NCBI GenBank assembly: GCA_030264375.1 | Contig: JASCQW010000162.1 | Span: 82,346,877 to 82,410,876, forward strand | Source: Carcharhinus longimanus | Taxonomy: Eukaryota | DNA: 64,000 nucleotides | Direction: 5' to 3' | Shown: piece after piece, positions 13,104-23,581 of the stretch | Layout: every line of letters starts with the position of its first letter | How positions within the stretch are numbered: position 1 is the stretch's first letter | Notes under the pieces: generated by a model | What the model saw: only the letters and a program-made list of their open reading frames with translations | Database searches by the model: none | Told to the model about the DNA's origin: nothing | Position numbers and translations under genes: made by a program

Positions 13104-14374
13104 AGTCTGCTGGAATGTTTTCACTTAAAGGGTTGTAGGATTGTGAAATAAATTTACTGAGGAAGGTTATTAAAATTAGTTGTAGACTTAAATCTTCAAG
13201 ATTTCAGACTGCAGTCATGAGCTGAAGTCCCAGAAGACACCTGCTATTAACAGTACTTTAGATGTACCGGGATCACATTGTCTGCAGTGACTCAAGAAGG
13301 GAGCTTGCTACCACCACCTTGAGGACCATTAGCAGTGGGCAATAAATGCTGGTCCAGCCAACGATGCCCACTTCTCTTGAATGATTTGATGGCTTGGTCT
13401 CACAAGGCTGACAGTCACTCTGAAGCTTTAAGCTAATGCGATGGGAATGCCTGACTTAAGAACTTCCCAGCCAGGCCCCATCATCTTGTGCAAACAGTCT
13501 TGCTGTAAGTCAGAGGCAGATCACAACTGACTGCACCACCCCAAGAGGGTAATCTGGACTCCAGACCAGGGTTGACCATTGGCTTATTTGGGATCCAAGA
13601 TAACATGCAGCCATTCCACCACTGGGTTAACAGTGGGAATGTGCCAGACAGGTTATGGATTTTCAGCCCTGGTGTTAAGTCGGAGAATTTGTAAAATGTT
13701 TTTATTCTTTCACAGCCTGTGTGGGGTTGGCTGGACTAGTATTTGTTGCCCATCCCTAATGCCCTTAAGATGGTGAGTTTTAATTTCCCATTTTGCATAA
13801 ATGAAGTTTATGGATGAGTTTTTGAGTACATTCAGTTCAACTGTAAAAGTATTTCTAATAAATATATACAATGAAACTTATCATTCCAATTGAACTACAA
13901 TGGAGAGAACTTGAAACCTCAGAAGTGGTGCAAGATGGTCACAATATTTTGAAGTCTCAAAGCTGCCCACTGGGAGTTGGGCACACCAAGCCTCATGCCT
14001 GGAGTTTGTTCGGCCATTTATAACGAGACAGCATGCCTCAATGTGTCATCCAGTTTTAAACTTGGCTCACCAGTAAACTCAGCAACCAAAGAAAAGAGGA
14101 CTATGTTGTGGAACAGAGAAATGTCTTTCCAGCTCTACTTGTGAGCTGAGAGGAGCAGGATTCCTCCCCAACCAAAGCTGCTTTCATCTTTTTGTGAAGA
14201 GTCATGTTTGATTCAAAGCATTACTTTGTTGTTCTTTCCACATGCTTCCAGCATTCTCTGTTTTTATTTCCAATTTCCAACATCCAAAGCATTTTACTTT
14301 TAAGCTGCTTATCTCCCTTGCCTCCGCATCCTGGATCAACTCAATCTCCTCAAACAAAGTGCTAATTCATTAAG

Positions 14375-14575
14375 AGTTATATTATTGTAGTTTTGTTTTT
14401 GTTTATAATTATTAGAAGTTACTGGTAATTCAATTTCTATTTATGTTAACTACATTCTTAAATAAACTTTGTTTGATAAAAGCTCCCAAGTGGGTCTGAA
14501 GTGAAACATCTCATGTTTATCCTAGCCAAATTCAAGATACAAAACTTGTGATCCAGGCATGCTGCATGGAACTTT
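14375..14575 (+). mobile_element. LTR-like 3' fragment, same family as 47940-48150
   Basis: Shared ttcttaaataaactttg...aaagctccc...aagtgaaacatc...cctagccaa...tgatcca. Confidence 0.5.
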
Positions 14576-15140
14576 GATTTGATTTATTATTGTCACGTGT
14601 ATTAGCAAACAGCGAAAAGTATTCTTTCTTGCACACTATACAGACAAATCATACTGTTCATAGAGAAGGAAACGAGAGCGCAGAGTGTAGTGTTACAGTC
14701 ATAGCTGGGGTGTAAAGAAACTTAGTGTGAGGTAGGTCCGTTCAAAAGTCTGATGGCAGCAGGGAAAAAGTTGTTCTTGAGTCAGTTGGTGAGTGACCTC
14801 GGACTTTTGTATCTATCTTCTGACGGAAGAAGGTGTAAGAGAATTTCTGGGATTTGTGGATCCTTAATTATGCTGGCTGCTTTGCTGAGGTAGTGGGAAG
14901 TGTAGGCAGAGTCAATGGATGGGAAGCTGGTTTGCGTGATGGATTAGGCTACGTTTGCAACCTTTTGTAGTTCCTTGTGGTTTTGGGCAGAGCAGGCACC
15001 ATACCAAGCTGTGAACTACCAAATAAATAATGCTTTTTATGGTGCATTGGTAATAGTTGGTGAGCATTTTGGCTGACGTGCCAAATTTCTTAGTCTTCTG
15101 AGAAAGTAGAGGCATTGGTGGGCTTTCTTAACTATAGTGT
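14575..15140 (-). mobile_element. Rex1/Babar-clade LINE 3' fragment
   Basis: KKFGTSAKMLTNYYQCTIKSI; 3' end tttgatttgatttattattgtcac. Confidence 0.8.
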
Positions 15141-15323
15141 TACATGCATGTTGAGGCCTGGAGCTGTGAACAATGATGCTCAAGGTTCCAATTTCATATC
15201 ATTGCAAGGTGGTTGATCGGGAATCCCTCTCTGCCACTGATGTGCTCTGGAAGGATTTCCCAGATTTCTCTATTTCTCTATTCAACCACATTTAAAAAGC
15301 CAGCAAGTGCTGGGGTGGGACTC

Positions 15324-15386
15324 TCTGCCTTTCTCTGATCAGAACCTTGCACACACCTGACGAAGGAACATCATTTCCAAAAGCAC
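15324..15386 (+). mobile_element. 63-bp Penelope-derived insert with decayed hammerhead
   Basis: CAC-CTGACGA-AGGAACATCATTTCC-AAAA-GCAC, flanked by GTGGGACTC at 15315-15323 and 15387-15395. Confidence 0.65.
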
Positions 15387-15918
15387 GTGGGACTCGAACC
15401 CAGAGCTTCTAGCTCAGAGGCAGGGACACTGCCCACTCTGCCACAAGACCTCCTCATTAAATCATTATGGATCAGCAAACAATCAAAAGCCTGAACGGGT
15501 GGAGGCACTTGCTAGAATAAATTTATACAATGTTCTTAATGTTTTTCAGGCAGTGAATGTTGTGAGAGGTCTCTGCTTTCTGCTGCAGGTATTCTTTGCA
15601 ACTTCCCCAGTCAGATGACCAACTGGTGGCCCAGTAACTCAGAATTATCCTAAAAATGTAGACACTAGAAAACTGGCCTTTCCATTGTATATTAACATCA
15701 AATTAATCAAACAGAGTATGTGGTACAGTATAAAACAGTCACAACATTCCAAAAGTCATAATCATTGCTGTAATGTAGGGGGCAGTTTGAAAATAATTCC
15801 TTAGTAATTAATGTTTTCCTTACATCTGAACAGGAAACTCTTGTCCCTCCCTGTTCCTGCTCCCTTGGCATTTATCTTAATTTCGCTAAGTCTGGAGATA
15901 CTCTGTTTATTTGCTTAG

Positions 15919-15930
15919 GCCGTTGAAAGA
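15919..15930 (+). CDS. Candidate 12-nt microexon of an unknown host gene
   Basis: ctctgtttatttgcttag|GCCGTTGAAAGA|gtaagt; perfect donor, TGC just upstream of the AG, frame-preserving length. Confidence 0.25.
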
Positions 15931-16059
15931 GTAAGTTTTTGGTGTGTCGTATTTAATCGTGGAAGAAAACATCTTCCCACATTCCTCAAAGACTTGGGTT
16001 CAAAATTGCCTTGCTTCAGTTCTCATGTACAAGAATGATGATTTGCTACCAGCCCACAC

Positions 16060-16352
16060 ACAGCACAGTGGTTAGTACTAATGCTTCACAGCGCCAGGAA
16101 CCTGGGTCCGATTCCAGTCTTGGGTCACTGTCTGTGCAGTGTTTGCAAGTTCCCCGTGTCTGCATGGATTTCCTCCGGGTGCTCCAGTTTCCTCCCACAT
16201 TCTGAAAGAGGTGCTGGTTAGGTGCATTGGCCATGCTAAATTCTCCCTCTGTGTACCCGAACAGGGGTCAGAGTGTGGCGTCAAGGGGATTTTCACAGTA
16301 ACTCCATTGCAGCATTAATGTAAGCCTTATTTGTGACAAATAAATAAACTTT
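16060..16352 (+). mobile_element. V-SINE-like SINE, B tail
   Basis: cagcacagtggttagtact...; tail ggggattttcacagtaactccattgcagcattaatgtaagccttatttgtgacaaataaataaacttt. Confidence 0.85.
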
Positions 16353-16450
16353 AAAAGATTGTGAGGTGATGCTATTGAAAGAGACAAGATCCTGAGGGGT
16401 CTGATGGGGTGGAGACTGACAGGATGTTTACCCTTGTGGGAGAGACTAGA

Positions 16451-16579
16451 TGTGGGTATGCCGGCGTTGGACTGGCGTAAACACAGTAAAAAGTCTGACA
16501 ACACCAGGTTTTAGTCCAACCTATTTATTTGATAATATTCTCACAAGCTTTCGGGTTAGACCCTTCGTCAGGTGAATGG
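16451..16579 (-). mobile_element. Penelope pLTR mini-element with 9-bp TSD
   Basis: GAGACTAGA at 16442-16450 and 16580-16588; internal acaacaccaggttttagtccaac matches pLTR copies near 32633 and 50390. Confidence 0.8.
16541..16575 (-). ncRNA. Minimal type I hammerhead ribozyme motif, core intact
   Basis: Minus strand TCAC-CTGACGA-A-GGGT-CTA-ACCC-GAAA-GC-TT-GTGA: stem I TCAC/GTGA, stem II GGGT/ACCC, palindromic AAGCTT stem III. Confidence 0.75.
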
Positions 16580-17301
16580 GAGACTAGAACCAGGGGACAA
16601 CAATTTAAAAACAAAAAGCTCCCATTGAGTTCAGAGATGAGAAGAAGTAAATAATTTCTCAGAGTGTTGTGAATATCTGGAACTTTCTTCCCTGGGAGCA
16701 GTGCAGGTGGGGACAGTGAATATTATTAAGGCAGAGATAGATAGATCCTTTAACTAACAAGGAGATGAAAGGTTATGGGGCGGGTGTTGAGTTACAATCA
16801 GATCAGCCATGATCTTATTGAATGGTGGAACAGGCTCGAGGGGCCAAGTGGCCGACTCCTGCTTCTAATTTGTATGTTCGTGGGTAAGATTCGCCATGTA
16901 TGAGCTGACGGGCAGTGATCAGGCATGGCCAGTGGGAGTGCCACTCACTGTCTGTTTCTGCTGACGGATTTCCAGGGGAAGAGCCCGTCCCCAGAGTCTG
17001 AATCACTTTGGGAATCGGCATAAACATTCCACAGACTAGGAAAATCTGCCTTTCCGAACAGGATGGATAGGAATCTGGAAGGGTTTTATTTTTACGTTTC
17101 ATTGCTTCAAACTGATCCAAACTGGCATGGTGACCTCTGAACTCTCATTCTCTGGATTACTCCATTGGTTATACACACACTAGACCCTCAGATTGATCCA
17201 GTTCTTTTCTCTCTCTATTGTAAGGATTCGCCCGCTATCTCTCGGTGACTCTTCCCTGAAAGGATAGTTGATTTTCCCAATGACTGCACTGTGTTCAGAG
17301 A

Positions 17302-17320
17302 TGGCCACTAGGGGGGTCGT
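17302..17320 (+). promoter_or_regulatory. CTCF-like motif
   Basis: TGGCCACTAGGGGGGTCG versus consensus TGGCCACYAGRKGGCRS; mismatch at the conserved C. Confidence 0.3.
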
Positions 17321-17394
17321 GAGTATTAGCAATGATCAGAAACTAACTTCCTGTGTTGCAGCACGGTACCAGACCAAACTGGGACTGTCTGTCA

Positions 17395-17750
17395 CAGGTA
17401 GTGTGGCACCTTAGCTGAGTGGTCAAATTTCCATTCTCTCATGGTCTCGGTTACACGTTTGACATTCAGGGACACGAGCACAGACCCCAGCGTTAATGCT
17501 GTGTTGTTGGAGGGTGCTGTGTGTGTCAGTCCTTACTGTAGGAGCTTGTCTGTCCTCTCCGCTGGACAATCCCATGCCCCAACCATGCAATCCGTCAATC
17601 ACCACCACTAAAACCTGGACATTAATTATCACATTGTTGTTAATGGGATCTTGCCATGCACTAATGTGTTGCCCTATTTCCGGCACCACAGTAGTGGCGA
17701 TTCTTCAAAAGTAGCTCTTCGATACAAAGCTCTTTGGAATGTTCTGAGGT
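17395..17750 (+). mobile_element. DeuSINE-like copy
   Basis: ggagggtgctg...cattaattatcacattgttgttaatgggatcttgc...ttcaaaagtagctc...aaagctctttggaatgttctgagg. Confidence 0.6.
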
Positions 17751-17826
17751 TCACGACACACGACAGCGCAGAGTCGCTGAACAGAGACTGATAGCCAAGT
17801 TCCGCACACATGAGGACGGTCTCAAC
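17750..17826 (+). mobile_element. Penelope ORF C-terminal fragment abutting a gap
   Basis: HDTRQRRVAEQRLIAKFRTHEDGLN, nearly the same peptide as on the minus strand near 32900-33030. Confidence 0.75.
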
Positions 17827-17925
17827 NNNNNNNNNNNNNNNNNNNNNNNNNNNNNNNNNNNNNNNNNNNNNNNNNNNNNNNNNNNNNNNNNNNNNNNNNN
17901 NNNNNNNNNNNNNNNNNNNNNNNNN

Positions 17926-18500
17926 NAGCAGGAGCCCATACCAAGCTGTGATACAACCAGAAAGAATGCTCTCTATGGTGCATCTGTAAAAGTTGGTGAG
18001 AGTTGTAGCTGATATGCCAAGTTTCCTTAGTCTTCTGAGAAAGTAGACGCATTGGTGGGCTTTCTTAACTATAGTGTTGGCATGGGGGGGACCAGGACAG
18101 GTTGTTGGTGATCTGGACACCTAAACACTTGAAGCTTTTGACCCTTTCTGCTTCGCCACCAGTGATTGTAGACAGGAGTATGTTCTCCACTATGCTTCCT
18201 GAAGTCGATGACAATCTCCTTCATGTTGATGACATTGAGGGAGAACTTATTGTCATTACCACCAGTTCACCAGATTCTCTATCTCATTCCCGTATTCTGT
18301 CTCCTCATTGTTTGAAATCTGAGCCAGTACGGTAGTGTCATTGGCAAATTTGAAAATCAAGTTGGAGGGGAATTTGACCACACAGTCATGGGTGTATAAG
18401 GAGTACAATAATGGGCTGAGAACACAGCCTTGTGGGGCACCGGTACTGAGGATGATTTGTGGGGTGGTGGTGTTGTCTATTCTTACTGATTGTGGTCTGT
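17926..18500 (-). mobile_element. Rex1/Babar-clade LINE RT fragment
   Basis: IVKKAHQCVYFLRRLRKLGISATTLTNFYRCTIESILSGCITAWYG; upstream TGAPQGCVLSPLLYSLYTHDC. Confidence 0.9.
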
Positions 18501-18829
18501 GGAACTTTGGTGTTTCTGACCTGAATCATAACAGGTGCCTCTGGAGTATTCCCTGCCTGACAGGAAGCTAAATCTATCAATCCAGATGACATCTGGGCTG
18601 TGAACTTGCAGGGGTTACAAAGCGCACCCAGTGGAATTAAAACTGCATAGGGTAAGGTAATATCCAACTTCTGGAATCTCGGATGCAATTTCAACCCTTG
18701 TTTTAAAAATCTTACCCTGGTCAATCGAGACTGGGGCCAATATTTCTGTTAGGTTATTACTATGCCTACAGGGATTGTCTCCAGTATGATTACTTTCCAC
18801 TTGAGCTGCAAGCCTATAACTATGCATAC

Positions 18830-19210
18830 AAATTAGTCTCAGGAGTAGACTGTTCAGCCCCTTGAGCCTACTGTGCTATCCAATGATCTGATTATGACCT
18901 CAATTCCACATTCCTGCCTGTCTTTCACCCAATCCTACTTGGTATCTACCTACTACTTCATTTAAAAAAAAATGTTCAGTGATCCTGCGTCTAATGCCTT
19001 TTGAGGAAGAGATCCAAAAACTCACGACCCACCTGAGAAGACAATTCTTCTTGTCTCTTATTTTTAAAGAGTAATCTGGTAATTTTAAATTATCCAACAA
19101 GAGGAAATATGCTTTCAACATCCACTTCAAGACCCTTTGCTTCAGTCAAGCAGCCTCTACTCTTCTAAAATCCAGCGAATATAGCCCTAGTCTATTTACC
19201 TTTCCATTAA
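18830..19210 (-). mobile_element. CR1 3' end
   Basis: caggagtagactgttcagccccttgagcc...ctcaattccacattcc; ORF fragment LRWVVSFWISS. Confidence 0.7.
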
Positions 19211-19232
19211 CTGATTTTGGTAGAAAATAGAT

Positions 19233-19580
19233 GACATGGTGGTACAGTGGTTAGCACTGCAGCTTCAGTGCCAGGGACCCAGGTTCAATTCCTGCCTCGG
19301 GTCACTGTCTGTGTGGAGTTTTACATTTTCCCTGTGTCTCTGTGGGTTTCCTTCGGGTACTTTGGTTTCCCCCGCAGTCCAAAAATGTGCAGGTTAGGTG
19401 GTTTGGCCATGCTAAATTATCCCTTGGTATTTTAAGATGTGTAGATTAAGGTGATTAGTGAGGTAAGTGCATGGGATGAGAGAATGGGGTAGGCTTGTGT
19501 AAGATGCTCTATTGGAGAGTTGATGCAGACTCAATGGGCTGTATGGCTGCCTTCTGCACTGTAGGGGTTCTATGATTTTA
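19233..19580 (+). mobile_element. Full-length HE1-like SINE
   Basis: A and B boxes (ggtacagtggttagc; ggttcaattcc), V-type body, CR1-type tail cttctgcactgtaggggttctatgatt. Confidence 0.9.
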
Positions 19581-21004
19581 TGAATGTTTGACATTTTTAT
19601 ATTGACTTTCTCCCACTATTTTAAGAGGGAGACTGAATCATTTACATGGACTTAAATAACAAATGTGTTCACTATTTGAGATTCCAATATTATTAGAATT
19701 AGATACATCAAGCCTCTTATGTCTCCATTCTGGCTTGAATTCTGGTCATCTAAGTGAGAAACCCTTAATCTAGATATTTATTGGTTGGCTTTTTGCTGTC
19801 TAAGAAACGAAATGACTGCACTAAAACGTGCTGTGTTATGAACAATCCCTTCAGCTGTTTTGAACTAAATTAATTTGTATTCCAGTGCTTCCTGTCCATG
19901 CCAACTTCATTTCATATTCTCTGCAGGCAGAAGTAAGTGCTGTAAAAAGATGAAAACTAAATTCTTCTAACATGCATCGATGAGCAGGGCTTATTGTATT
20001 ACCAAAAAAAAAATCCCAATATGCTGCTCAAAGCATGCCATGTTCACCCATTGCTAGCTTACTGAAAATTAAACTGGATTGATCTTATTGTTTTCTGAAA
20101 GGTTTTAATGTGGTACCTAAATTAGTTCCCTTGATTCCCTGAGACTCCATTGGGAATTTATGGGATGGGAGCTTGTTATGAGTTGTCCCCTCCATGGATG
20201 GTGCATTAGGGTGCCATGTGCATGAAGGAAATATATCACAATGGATCCTAGCAGCACTGGGTGCAAGGAGTCTATATATATTTCTGGGTTGCCATTTCCT
20301 GAATGGCAGTGAGTAAAGGCAGACTGTAGTTTGCCTGCATGCTGGGGTCCTATCAGGGTGAAATCTGCCATGGCTGCTGTTGTGCAGTCTGTGCAACAAT
20401 CTTGCTGTTGGGTCCCAGATGTGCTGCACATTTGAATCACTGTGCAACCTCCAGCTGTGCAGCTTTAATGAAGCCAATGGCTTGCTGCATGGACAAGCCA
20501 GTGAGTTGGTGGAGCTAAAGTGCAGGGCAGTGTTTCAGGCGATGAGCTGGGACTGTCAGCCAGGCAACATTCAAGTTAAAGCTTAAGAATAAGCTGTAAT
20601 GGATAAAAGTTAATTGGGTTCAAGTAATCTGAGCCATGAGCAGCTCACTGCAATTATCTGATCAGCCTGAATCTGGCTTTGTGCTCCACATCAGGATTTG
20701 CTATTAATGTAATGCCACAGATGAAATTGCAGTGCTCCTACAATTCCAATATACAGTGGTAGCGTGTATGTAACAAAGTGCAATTCAGTGTGTAGATCAC
20801 CACCACCACTCCTCCCCAAAGTATAAAGCAATATAGAAGTGCAATAAGTGCACTTTGCATTAGTCATTTCAAAGAAACATTATGAACTGTTGAACTGTAA
20901 AGGATCATGTTGTGAATGGGCCTCGTGTGTGTCGTGTCACCCCTCACCCAAGAGGTGAATGGTTGACCAAATGCTCTTAATAATGAACACTATCACAACA
21001 TGAA

Positions 21005-21190
21005 GGAAAGACATGCATTTCTAGTACCTTGCGTGACCTCGAAGTCCCAAAGTGCTGTAAGCCGCTGAAGTGCTTTTGAAGTGTAGTCACTTCCATAACA
21101 TAGGAAACTGAAGAACAGCCAACTTGTACAAGGCAAACTCTCTCATTCTGTAATGTGATAATGACCAGGTTTTTTTTTTGTGATATTGAC
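21005..21190 (-). mobile_element. DeuSINE 3' fragment
   Basis: gaaagacatgcattt...gtcccaaagtgctgtaagcc...gaagtgtagtcact...aatgtgataatgaccag. Confidence 0.65.
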
Positions 21191-21639
21191 TCTGCTTGTG
21201 TAATGTTTATAACTGATATATTTAAAATGAAGTTCCAAAAGCTTGTTTTAAGGGTAATTCCCCTGCTGGGAAAATGTTTGGCAAATCATTTCCATTGGAA
21301 GGGAGAGAGGAGCCATGAACCATTCTTGCATATCTTCACAAGTTCGGTAATCCATATTAAGTATTTGGCAATGAACAAAGCACTTCTTTCTTGGCACTCT
21401 TTCAGTAAAAGGCTGCCCATTTAAAAATGACACTGTTGGAGAAAAATCCCATTGATGTATATGGCTAGAATTAGAAGGCTTCGGAACCTTTCTCCCAGAT
21501 ATCTTGATTAAAATGAGCAGCGTACATTGATCATTTGCTGTAAAGTCAGAACTTGCCTTTGATTTTTACACTTGGCCATTTCATAACTTTTGAATAAGAT
21601 TCCCAATCTTCACTCTTGGCACAGTGCCTTACCAACTGG

Positions 21640-22150
21640 TTTGGAGTCATGTGTAAACCAGGCCTGGTAAGGATGGGCAGCGCAGTGGTTAGCACTGTTA
21701 CCTCTCAGCACCTGGGACCTTGGTTTGATTACTGGCTTGGGTCACTGTGTCTGTGTGGAGTCTGCATGTTCTCCCCATGTTTATGTGGATTTCCTCCCAC
21801 AGTCCAAAAGGCATGCTGGTTAGGTGCCAGGCTAAATATTCCCTCAGTGTACCCAAACAGATGCTGAGTGTAGCGGCTAAGGAATTTTCACAGTAACTTT
21901 GTAGCAGTGTTGATGTAAGCCTACTTGTGACACTAATTCTTAAACTTTAAAACTTAAAGGACAGTAGTGAACCAAATGGGTTTTTATAACAATGATTCAT
22001 CGTCATTATTAGACTTTGAATTCCGAATTTAAAAAAAATTCAATTCAATTTCACCATCTGCCATGGTGGGATTCAAACCCAGGTCCCTAGAGGATTGTCC
22101 CAAGTCTCTGGATTACTAGTGCAGTGAAAATTCCGTTTGTCATTGCCTCC
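21640..22150 (-). mobile_element. tRNA-headed SINE with long variable arm, split by a B-tail V-SINE at 21676-21955 (+)
   Basis: Head ctgccatggtgggattcaaacccaggtccctagagg...ctctggattactagtgcagtg at about 22058-22150; body continues at 21640-21675. Confidence 0.8.
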
Positions 22151-23581
22151 CAAATCATAACGTGGTATCTGAAATGGGATGCTATTTCAATTCTCTTCGC
22201 CAAGTCCCAGTGATATTCAGCACCAATATCCTTCCACTTGATGGCTGGGACAAAATGCTTTAGGCTCCCAACTTGAGCATAATCCTACTTGATGGAGAAT
22301 GGATTCCAATGATTTCTTCATAGGTTGGTGAGTTGTGTGCTGAACAGCACGCCTGTAATGGATCATTGAAATCTACAAACAAGTGAGAAGGTACAACAAC
22401 ATTGCAAATGTGGTGATGATAGCAGTGACTTAAACTCCATTCCTCTGTTATTACGTGACATTCTGGAGACTTATTTTAAAACAAGGTTGAACTTTTTTTG
22501 AAGCTGGAATTGAATGTATTTACCTAATCAGCGTAATTTTCACTGCTTCCTTTGGAGAAATATGAACCACTCATTGAAATTTAAAACAAAAACACCTTAA
22601 TCATCATTTTCCAAACCTTGGATCTATTTGGAAATCGATATACTTAACCCCATATGAACCTAATCAGGGTTATTGAAGAAAACAACATATGTTGAAGTTT
22701 TTTGTCTTGCACCCATCAGGACAAATGCAAGAATGCCAGATTTCAAGGGGAACAGCTGTTTCCACTGCACAAGATAAGGGTGCTGATTGGTTAGCAAGTT
22801 TTTTTCTGATTTGTGAAGGCACTTGCTGTATGATTTTGTTTAATTCAAAGGAAATGAGCATTACCTTTTTATCTACACGTGTATGAATTTATGTAGCTTG
22901 TAGCAAGCTTAGGTGAGTTACATTGTGAACCTGACTGATTGGACTTAAGTAATTCTCAGCGTACTGTGCCTACGATACAAATGAGTAACATGGGTATGAG
23001 TTTTGGTGCTGGGGCAAAATCAGGAAAATAGGCCCCAGTGACTGATGGATTGTGTCAAATAGCACATGTCTCTGGCTACTCGCAATTGGAAGAGTGCTGG
23101 CTGTACTCAGCCAGCCTGTGCTGGCAAAACTCCAAAGCACAATGTCTAATAATCGATGTGATTCTCTGGACAACATTTGCTGGACAATTCCAAGTGTGCT
23201 AAGGATTACATTAGCAATCAATTTCAGATTCAATTGGGCAAGCTCTCATTGTGACTCATTTACAGTTGCACGATGCTGCATCTATTTATACACTGCTGTC
23301 TTCCGCAGGCAAAAGGGACTTGTCTAGGCATTGTTTAATTCAATGAAAAGAATAGGAAATAATAGTTTGGGGTGCATTCTCCATGGCAATGCCATGACCA
23401 GTTGGAGTCAACTTGCCAAGTAATCAGCACACTCTTTCACATAGTATATATTGTTTTTCTCTGAAATTTGGCATTTTTGCCTTTGTCCCGATTGCAAATA
23501 AAAAAGATTCAATGGTATGTCTCTTTCTCAGTAATGCTCCAAGTGCTGTACTGCTATCTGATCACCTAATCAGTTTTTGAA

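Larger units (their letters stand above)
16355..16880 (+). mobile_element. CR1 3' end interrupted by a Penelope mini-insert
   Basis: gatcagccatgatcttattgaatggtggaacaggctcgagggg...actcctgcttctaatttgtatgttc. Confidence 0.8.
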
